Part shown: in pieces, positions 41,751 through 51,314 of the stretch
Layout of the letters: each line of letters opens with the position of its first letter
How positions within the stretch are numbered: the stretch's first letter is position 1
NCBI GenBank assembly: GCA_964016885.1
Contig: OZ024740.1
Span: 131,068,001-131,132,000, forward strand
Source of the DNA: Eledone cirrhosa
Lineage: Eukaryota
Direction: 5' to 3'
DNA: 64,000 bases
Position numbers and translations under genes: made by a program
Notes under the pieces: generated by a model
The model's database searches: none
What the model was told of the DNA's origin: nothing
The model's input: only the letters and a program-made list of their open reading frames with translations

Positions 41751-43601
41751 TTATCCAAGTACGTCGTCGCTCTTCCCCTCCACTAATCCCCTATAGAACG
41801 CCAAGGTGGAGTTTCCACCGATCACATTGCCCGATTGGCCGAGGGCTGTGAGCGCCTGAAGACATTCCAGTCTCCAAGCGCTCCCTCTCGGTCTTCGCTT
41901 GACCCAGGACTGCAGCTCCGTCAAGGAGACGAGCTGGGGAAAAACGTGTCTTGCAAACGGCGACCACACCTGATCACCGTCGAGGAAGAGGTGGAGATGT
42001 CGTAGCCTGAGCGCGTGTCTGCGCATCATCAGCCACGGCATGCCCAGCCCTCCACGTAGCGGGTGTTGACAGCAGATGGACCGCCTGACCATCGGAGCGC
42101 GTCCCTTCCACAAGAAGCGAAAGAGCAAACGCTCCAGCGCAGTCAGGCGCGGCTTAGGACAAGGTACGACGGTCAGGCGGTAGTAGATGACGGATGCGAT
42201 GTACGCATTCGCCACCTCCGCTCGACCTTTCAGGAATAGCTTCCTCTCGGCCCATTCCTGGGTGAGAGAAGCCACCCTGCTCGTCACCTCGTCCCAGTTT
42301 TTGTCCGTCAGGAGGTCTGGACCGTACCAGACCCCTAGCAATTTAACCGGTGCGTCCGTCCAGGGCCCGACGACGCTGTTGGACGGCATGGACCTGCCTC
42401 TCCAGGTGCCGAGCTGCAGGCCCAATGACTTTTCCTGGTTGATCATTGCTCCTGTCACCGCTTCGTATTCTCTTAGTGTAGTGCCGATCGCCTCGATGTG
42501 TTTGGCGTTCGACACCACTACGGTGACATCGTCGGCATATGCTGACACGGATCTTCGGCATCCTAGTTCGCGCGGGACCCCCCTCAACGTCTCCAGTTTG
42601 TGCAGTAATGGCTCGAGAGTCAATACGTACAATAGGGACGAGAGGGGACATCCTTGGCGGACCGAGCGCATGATGTTGAACGGTTCCGAAAGGTGACCGT
42701 TCACTCTCACTACAGAGCAGATGTCGCTGTGCATGGCAGCGATCCAGCCTCTGAAGACGGGCCCAAAGCCAGCCGCCCTCAGGACTGCCGTTAGGTAACG
42801 ATGGTCGACCCTATCGAAGGCTTTCGACTGATCTAAATTGATCAAAGACCCACCCGTGCCAGGTTCCCTAGCTACCCTCTCTACGATGTATCGCATGAGG
42901 TGGAGGTTGTCGTGGATGGATCTGTCGGGAATGGCGCATGTCTGTGCCTCTCCCACCAGACCACCAACGACAAGCGCCAACCTCTTTGCTAGCACCTTGG
43001 CCAAAATCTTGAACTCTGTGTTTAGCAGAGTTATGGGCCTAAAATTATCTATGTTATCCCCCTTGTTCGGATCCTTTCTCAGCAGCGCCACCGCTCCTCG
43101 GCTCACAGAGCTGGGAATTCTCCCGTTCTGTTGCCAGTTGCAGTAGACGTCCGCCAAGAGGCCTCCGAACAAGTTTGGCATTTGTACGTAAAGTTCATAG
43201 GGCAGACCATCCAAACCAGGCGATTTACCCCTTGTGCAACTAGTCATTGCATCCCGTACTTCAGCGGTTGTTATCGGCTTTTCGCAACACTCCGCCTCAG
43301 TGGCCGAAAGCCGCGGCAGTCCGTCGAGGTAGACACTAAAGTCCATCCCTCGATCCGGCCCGCCACTGCCCCCAAACAGTTGAGCGAAGTGTCGCTGAAA
43401 AGCTTCACACATTTGCCCGGGATCGAGTAGCATGCCATCGTCGTGGTCCACCAAAAACCGGATCGTGGCTTTGTTGCCACGACGCGCCTCCGCCACTCGG
43501 GCCCATTGAACAGCTTTCGTCCCCTCGTGTCTGAGAGCACGCACCCTAGCTCTGACAACGCAGCCTTCGTGCTTTGCATTGAAGAATTGGTCAAGGGCCA
43601 A
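41751..43601 (-). pseudogene. Tx1 ORF2 reverse transcriptase (616 aa open segment)
   Basis: KSPGLDG, NFRPITLLN, LDQSKAFDRV, RQGCPLS, YADD. Confidence 0.93.
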
Positions 43602-44380
43602 TTTCGCCGCAAGTACGTCGGTCGCGATGCCTTTGCTAAGCGCCTCATCTAATTTTCTAACTAATTCTCCCTCTGCTCTATTTTTTCTCTATTGCTAAAG
43701 TCTTACTAAACCTAATGGACTCTATTCTAATTTCTCTTTTCAGAGCAAACCACCACTTGTTGTTGACGATGGCCCCCGTCGACGCCCGCTTAACTAGTTC
43801 GCTAATCCGGTCTCTGTAGGCCTTGCGCGCTGGTAAGGACGCGTTTAACTTCCAGTAGCCGGGTCCTCGTCTATGAAGCCTATCTAAGTCAAGCACACAG
43901 ATCACGAATTTGTGGTCCTTGCAGCTGACTATCTTGAATTGTGGACAGCCTATGCTAGACCTATCTATTTCCCTACAAAATAATCTATCTAGATATGATC
44001 TGGATGACCCTATGCGATTTGTCCAAGTCCACATTGGTACATTCGGGAAATCCATTCGGTACCTGTCAGACAGTTCAAAACGCCTGAGCAGGTTGGTGAG
44101 ACTCTTGCACCCTCCTTCCCTATCCACTAATCCCACACAATCCCAGCGTGCATCTTAGATCCCGTTCCAGTCGTCCACTAACACTAAAGAGCGGGACGTT
44201 CCAAGAAAGGTCTCCAGACGCCGGAAGAAATCAGGCCGCCCTGCTCCTGTCGGGGCATAGACGGCCACTAGCCTGAAAGCTTGCCCGTCTCCGCTGGTCA
44301 CGTCCAGCACAACCAGCTTACCCTCCGGGTCCAGGAAGATGGCCCGTATGGCGAGATCCAAACCTCTCCGAAAAAGCACC

Positions 44381-46687
44381 TCAACTCCTCCACCCGATCC
44401 AGGACGGCTGGGAGATGCGTACACATCGTAGCCGCCGAAGATCGGTGCGAAGGCCCGTGCTTCGGAGATTCTGGTCTCGCTGATGGCCACAACATCTATG
44501 TTTAGTGACCTGAGGTCGTTGAGCAGGTGACCCTGCTTCCATGACGACCCCAAACCACGCACATTTATGCTGCCTATTCTGAGTGAGGTCATGTTTAAAA
44601 GAGAGTGGAAAAGATGGGAAAGACCACTTACCGTACTTTTGGTAGAGAGGGATGGTTTTTACATCCCTTTTCACTTGATCGTCTGGTGAAGGGACCGTTG
44701 AATCGTCCCTTCGGCTGGTCGTCGGCTCTTCTAAGAGAATGTCTGAATATACTCTTCGATTGATGGTTCCTCCTAGGTCCCTGAAATCACCAACTGCGTT
44801 GGGGAATTTCGTTTTAATGTTTGTGTATTGTTTCTGTGCTATTTTTAGCAGTCTTAAGTTAGTTGGCGTTTTGATTGGGGCTGGTATTATGTAGTCCTGT
44901 TGTGAAATGTCTGTGTGTTCAATTATGTAAGTCATTAGTTTCTTGTTGTGTGTATTTATTGCCGTGCATTTGTTTTTCTGGGGGTGAGGTGGGGTTCTGC
45001 TATGTTCTTGTCGTTGTTGCTGGGTGTGTGTGTTTTGTTGTTGTGTTTGCGATGTTGGTGCTTGTGGTGGTGGTGTTGAAGGTGTTGTTGGCGGTGGGGT
45101 TGTCGCCAGTGGTGATGGTGGTGCTAGTGTGGGTGGTGATGGTGTTGGTGGTGTTGCTGCTGTGGGTCTCTTTGCAGTAGACTTTACCCTTTTCTCATTT
45201 CTTTCCTCCCTTTTCAAAGGCGACGATGCGCTGCTTCTGCGTTTGTGCCTTCTTACGACCTTTTGCCATCCCTCTCCCACCTTACACTCCATGTCTGATT
45301 CTGTGAGGTCGGGGAGGGGTACCAGCTCCACACTTTCACTTGTTGTTGTTGGTGATGTTTGCACTGGAGTCTCTGTTGCAGCTGCATTAGGTATTGCTGT
45401 TGTTGTTGTTAATATTTCCACTGCTGCTGCTGTTTTTGATTTCCGTGGTGTGGGTATGGGTGCCACGGACCTATCGTTCCTGGTTGCCGCTTGTCCTGTT
45501 GCTGGTAGCCGTGGAGCCGGTTTCGGAAGGAGGGGTGTTTTCACCTTTCTCAGGGTCTTCTCGTTGCAGAAGGCCCTGAGGTGAGTCTTCGATCCACAGC
45601 GAAAGCATTTCGGGCGTTTGCCCTCAACACTTATGGGCAGTTGAGTGCCGTTATCGAAGTCTATCACATCCGGGATAGCTTCGATGCACTCCTGGTTGGT
45701 TTGGATTAGCATCTCAATGGAGGTGCCGACCCAATCTTCTCTTACTTTTTTCTGTACTTGCAGTACAGTTGTTTTGTCCTCGATTCCGACGAGGACAGAC
45801 GCGGCCAGCCATGAATGTGCCATTCCGGGTGGGGGGGGGGGGGGGTCAGTTTGACCCTCACAATTTTTTGCCCGCAGTAGGAGGGCACCAACACCATTTC
45901 CTCGCTCCTTAGGGTCACTACTGATTGGGCCTTTGCCTCGGGTGATGTGCGTTTTCCGTTGCCACACAGACTCCAAGGCTTTTTGTATCTGAACCTCTGT
46001 GGCTTTTTCCATCCTACGGGATTTTGTACTTACTTTACGGTACGTGACCGTACAGTGCTGTTGGGTTTCGAAAAATGTTTCCGCTGCCTTGCAGATTTCT
46101 CGGTGTCCATTCTTTGTCACCATCTTCTTCGCTTCCTCTAATTCCTCATTTGTTATGAGGATTGATTCCAAGATTTTCGCAATGCCTGCAAATGAGATTG
46201 GTTTTTCTTTGCTGCTATTGTTGTTGTTGTCGTCAGAGCTGCTGGTACTTTTGTTGTTGCTGCAGGTACTACGACTACTGCCTCCGCCGCTGTTGCTGTG
46301 GTTGTTGTTGGTGTTGCTGCTGCTAATGCTGTTGTTGTTTATGCTGCTGGTGATGCTATTGCGGCTGCTACTGTTGTTTTCATTGTCACTGTTGCTGTTG
46401 TTATTACGGCTGCTACTGCTATTATTCCTGACGTCAGACGAATGAACTGGGTTTTCGTATTTCCCGCACACCTGTTTCGTCGCTGTCGTCGTCGTCGTGG
46501 AGAAACCTTGCACGCTTTGCACGAGACTTTTCTTTTCTTTCGTCACTTGCAAAAGAGAAGGGAGGGAGAGAGACACATTTAAAGAAGGGAGGGAGAGAGA
46601 CAATCTTCTCTCTGCTGTAGTGATGATTGAGGAAGAAGAAGACGGAATGAGTGGAAGTGACGTATGACATTTCTTTTTCGTAGCCAT
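44381..46687 (-). pseudogene. Tx1 T3 ORF1 (gag-like nucleic-acid-binding protein); internal out-of-frame stretch and probable read-through past the native stop
   Basis: Ser/Asn-rich N-terminus, CFRCGSKTHLRAFC knuckle, Pro/Thr/Gln linker, conserved C-terminal block. Confidence 0.82.
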
Positions 46688-46901
46688 GTTGTTTTTTGTT
46701 TAAAATGAATATTGGGTACAAAACCCCAATAACTGGTTATTTAATCCCGAAGGGCCAAATAACGGACAGAAAGACCCCTCTCACGAGGAGGAGGGTGTCT
46801 TTATCAACAATTTGGTTCAAGTTTTAAACAACTTACAATTGTTTTAACGGTTAAAAATTACTATACCTTACAGAGCCGAGCCCCCGTCAACCATGGCATT
46901 C

Positions 46902-46937
<36 letters not shown>
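46902..46937 (+). repeat. (TAA)n spacer
   Basis: Direct reading. Confidence 0.97.
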
Positions 46938-47560
46938 CACCACGCTGTAGACGAACACAAATAAACAAACAGACACACAGGCATAAAAAAAACCCCAAAA
47001 TGAATAAGCATAAGTTTCATTGTAATGTAGTGTTCGAATGTCTGACTTAGTTTTTCCCCTCTCTTCTCTGCCCGTCCACTTGTTTCTCTCTTCATTCTTA
47101 TTTTCTTTAGGTTTTTTTTTGTTTTTTGTTTTTGTTTTTCTCTGTTTGTTTTTCTCGTTTTTTGTTGCTGTTGCTGCTGTGCTGTTTTGGTTTTGATGTT
47201 TGTTTTTTCTTTTTTCTTTTGAGTCTATCTATATATTTTGATCCTCTTTTTTAGTAGGAATTCTATAATGTGGTGGCAGCAACTAGCAGAAGCAATGGGA
47301 GACAGCAGCGGCGGTAGCGATACTGAGACAGTGGTGGTGGTGATGTCGATACCGAGGCAGTGGTGGTGGTGATGTGATCGTATTACTGTAGTGATGGTGT
47401 TGTAGCGGTGGTAGCAATGAAGGAGTGGTGGCGGCGGTGATGGTGGGATAGTGGTAGTCATGATGGCCCTTATCTGGCTGTTGTGTTTAGTGTACACAGA
47501 GAGGTGATGGGGTAGGTGGTGTATCTAGTTTCTGGTGTTGGTGAGATTGGTGTTGTTTGG
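46938..47560 (-). repeat. Diverged inverted copy of ~51580-52120
   Basis: GAATAAGCATAAGTTTCATTGTAATGTA and GCGGCGGTAGCGATA blocks are reverse complements of sequence at ~52040-52067 and ~51802-51816. Confidence 0.85.
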
Positions 47561-48091
47561 CTGTTCTATATAGTTTAGACAGAGGAGGGGGGGGGGGGGT
47601 TCTTCTTCCATTTATAGCCATTTTCTGTTTTGAATATACAACGTACAATACAAAGTTGAATATTTGAATATTTGAGTCTTATAACATATATTTTGAGTCC
47701 GAATTGTTGGGGGGCTCAAGCCGGATGCTTTACGTAGCATTTGTACTAGGAGTTGTTAATTCACAAATGATTTAAATATGTTAAAAATTCAAAAATTACG
47801 GGAGCGATTTCATGACCTTCTACCACCTCGTGCGTCTTATTCCCTTATAGCGTGGTAATAATGCCACACAAGTGCCAAATGGAACGGCGCAACCACCGGA
47901 CACGGTGAATCCACAGATGGCTATGTAACCATACATTCGCCAATCCTCGATAAGAGTGTTTAAATATCGAACCTAAACAGTTCGAATAACGGTGAAATGG
48001 AGACTAGAACGTCATGTGACAGACTCTCACCCAACAGGTGCTCCCTGGCTCAGCAGCAGGAACCTGACTGTCAACCAAGTACTGCTGGTGT

Positions 48092-50140
48092 TTGAGGAAG
48101 AAGAAGAAGGAAAGTGAGCTGGAACTGGAGGAACTGAGCAGAGAGAATAGCTTGGAGATGGAGGGTGTAGTATGCCAGACAAACGAGCCAGTGGGAAATG
48201 AAGGTGTAGAGGTCGAGAGAACGGAGGAACCACCCGAAGCAGACAATGATCTGAACACTGAAATAAATAATACCTGGAACAGAGATACGGCCGCTGAGGA
48301 GATGAATGCTGACGGGCTAGGACAAGATTCGGTTGACATCCTAAATTTAGTGGTAGAAAAATTGAACAATGATAGTGGGAGACCTATGAACCTAAGATTT
48401 GTAGACAGGAAAAAGTTAAAAGAAACAACAACTAAGGTAAACAAAGTCATCCCATACCTTGAGGCGAGGAGCCTTCACCAGTGCAACAATATCCTCAAAG
48501 CAACAGCAAATACGGTGAGGAAACTACTTGGTATAAAAGCGAGAGGAAACAACAGACAAGAAAGAGCAGAGCCTTGGTGGAAGAAACGACTGAGTGGTCA
48601 AATCAGGGAAATGAGAAATGACATTGGAAAGCTTGAGTCACTACTGAATGGGACATTAAAAAACATAGGCACTAAAAATAGACTGGAAATAAAGTACAAA
48701 ACTAGGAGGAATAAGCTAAATATTATCATAGAGGAACTGAAGCAACGCATTGTAGCAAAGAGTGCAAAAATCAGGCGATACGAGAACAGAGTCAGCCAGT
48801 ATAAACAGAACCGCATGTTCGACAACAACCAGAAGATGCTCTTTGGACAGCTTGAGGGGAAAGAAAGAGGCAACGACTTGATCCCTGAGGCGGAACAAAC
48901 TAAAACATTCTGGAGAGGAATATGGGAACAGGATGTTAGACATAATGACCAGGCAGGGTGGATTGAGACAGTACAGAGGGAGATCGGTGAGCAGGCACAC
49001 CAACAAACTGATTTGAGTATCACAGTTGAAACTCCTAAGGGGCAGGCCAAAAAACTAACCAACTGGAAATCACCAGGCCCAGATGGTGTGCAGGGGTATT
49101 GGATTAAAAATATAACATCCCTCCACTCGAAACTGACAACCATGTTCAATGACTGCTTGATGTCAGGTGAGGTACCAGAGTGGTTGACAAAAGGTACCAC
49201 AGTTCTGATAATGAAAGACCAAATCAAGGGTAATGATGTTACCAACTATATACCTATCACATGTCTGTCTGTAATGTGGAAACTGTTGACGATCATTGTG
49301 TCTGAGGAAATCTACCATCACCTCCACACAAACAACTTGTTACCGCACGAACAGAAAGGATGCCGAAAGAAGTCACGGGGTACAAAGGACCAGTTACTTA
49401 TTGATAAGATGGTAATGGGGAATTGCAGGAGGAGACACACTGATATTGCCATGGGATGGATAGACTACAGAAAGGAATTTGACATGGTGCCTCATTCTTG
49501 GATCACCAAAAGCCTGGAGATCTTCAAGGTGGCAGATAAAATCAGACAGTTGTTGGGCAAGGGTATGAGGTCCTGGGAAAGAGAGTTGACATCAACTGGA
49601 GAATCCTTGGGAAGCGTGAAGATCAAGAGAGGTATCTTCCAGGGAGATAGCCTGTCCCCTCTGTTGTTTGTCCTTGCCCTGATGCCCCTGACCAGTGTAC
49701 TGCGAAAAGTGAGAGAAGGATACGGGTTGGGAAAGGGAGGGCTTACCATCAATCACCTCCTCTTCATGGACGATCTTAAGCTCTTCGGGAAGAGTGAGAA
49801 GGAGTTGGATGTGCTTGTTGACACTGTCCGTATTTTCAGCAGTGATATATGTATGCAGTTTGGTATTAGTAAGTGTGGAGTCATTGTGATGAGGAGGGGT
49901 AGGTTGAGCAGAAGTAACGGGATCCAGATACCAACAGGTGAGATGATAAAGGAAATTGACTCTGAGGAAGGATACAAGTATTTGGGCGTTCTGGAGGCTG
50001 ATGGCATAAAGAACAAAAAAATGAAGGAATTGTTAAGAACTGAATACATTCGGAGAGTAAGGAGCGTATTGAAGTCACATCTGAACAGCAGAAATGCCAT
50101 AAGTGCAGTAAATTCTCGAGCTGTGTCTATTATTAGGTAG
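48092..50140 (+). pseudogene. R4/Dong-like reverse transcriptase (682 aa open segment)
   Basis: KSPGPDG, EQKGCRK..GTKDQLL, GIFQGDSLSP, LFMDD, YKYLG; premature TAG at 50138. Confidence 0.93.
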
Positions 50141-50541
50141 AGTGCGGGAATTCTGAGATGGTTGAACAAAAAGAAATGGATAGGAAGACTAGGGAGCTAT
50201 TAACCATCTACAACATGTTCCACAAGAGGAGTGATATCGATAGACTCTACCTAAGGAGATCTGAGGGTGGAAGAGGTCTTATCAGCATAGAGGACTGTGT
50301 TCAGATGGAGAAAAACCACCTACACAAATACGTGACTGATGGTAAGGAGCCAATTATCAGAAATGTACAGAAGGAGGGGACAATAGGCCAGGGGATGTCC
50401 AAGGAGGATATAACATCAAGGATAAAGAGCAGCCTCCAGGAAAAATCCCTTCATAGTACCTTCTTTGAGAAAACTGAATTTAGAGATCCACAGACATTTA
50501 ACTGGTTGAGAAGAGGAGACCTTTAAAAGGCTACAGAAGGA

Positions 50542-51207
50542 ATGTTAATGGCTGCGCAGGAGCAGGCCCTCAAAACGAAGTGGTTGAAACACCATATTTA
50601 CAAGGAGGAGGCTAGCCCACTGTGCAGGATCTGTGGAGAGAGAGAGGAGACTGTGGCTCACATTGTATCCGAGAGTAAACACCTAGCCCAGACCCACTAT
50701 AAGGGCTGGAGACATGATGTGATGGGCAGGGTGATCCACTGGCACCTGTGCAAAGTAAACAATTTACCACATTATGAGAAATGGTATGAGAATAAGCCAA
50801 AGGCGGTGATGGAGAACGACCAGGTGAAGGTGCTGTGGGATTTTAGGATACAGACGGACAAGAAACTGGAACACAATAGACCTGACCTGATGGTTGTGGA
50901 CAAAGAAAAAAGATCGTGTCTGATTGTGGATGTGGCCTGCCCATTCGACACGAGAGTGCAAGAGAATGAGAGGGAGACAATTAACCGATACCAGGACTTA
51001 AAGTGGGAGGTAAAAAGGATTTGGAACTGCCATGAAGTCAAAGTGATCCCGATTGTCATAGGCGCACTGGGGACTATCTCCAAAAGTTTCCAGGGATGGT
51101 TAAAGAAAATCGGCCCCTTCAAGCTTTTTGGAACGCTTCAAAAGGCATGCTTGCTGGGAATAGCAAGAACCCTCCGATATGTCTTGAATATCTCAGGCTG
51201 CAGGTAG
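50542..51207 (+). pseudogene. CCHC finger + restriction-like endonuclease domain
   Basis: CRICGEREETVAHIVSES, RHD, NRPDLMVVD..IVDVACP, PIVIGALG. Confidence 0.9.
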
Positions 51208-51269
51208 TGGCTTGGTATTCATTCCAACGGACTTTCCAGTTAACTAACATCAATGACTGAGATTCAAGG

Positions 51270-51282
51270 AATAATAACAATG

Positions 51283-51314
<32 letters not shown>
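51270..51314 (+). repeat. (TAA)n spacer, imperfect
   Basis: Direct reading. Confidence 0.95.

Larger units (their letters stand above)
40928..46901 (-). mobile_element. Tx1-like element type T3, full-length (~6.0 kb), best preserved Tx1 copy
   Basis: ORF1 from 46687; ORF2 from ATG 44592 (MTSLRIGSINVRGL) to 41172 in four pieces; TAA tracts on both sides. Confidence 0.94.
47790..51269 (+). mobile_element. R4/Dong-like element family B, copy 1, near full-length
   Basis: RT ORF 48092-50140, linker 50158-50526, CCHC+RLE ORF 50542-51207, (TAA)n tail. Confidence 0.93.

Noticed and set aside
42187-42696. Recurrent antisense ORF over the Tx1 RT (also 14262, 20092, 26052, 32532)
   Set aside because: Shadow frame of a GC-rich conserved coding region; variable length and no independent motifs
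40928-46901. An intact, active Tx1 copy whose breaks are only sequencing errors
   Set aside because: Some breaks lie in homopolymers, but the stops at ~44155 and ~41751 are substitutions relative to sister copies and ORF1 has an internal deletion
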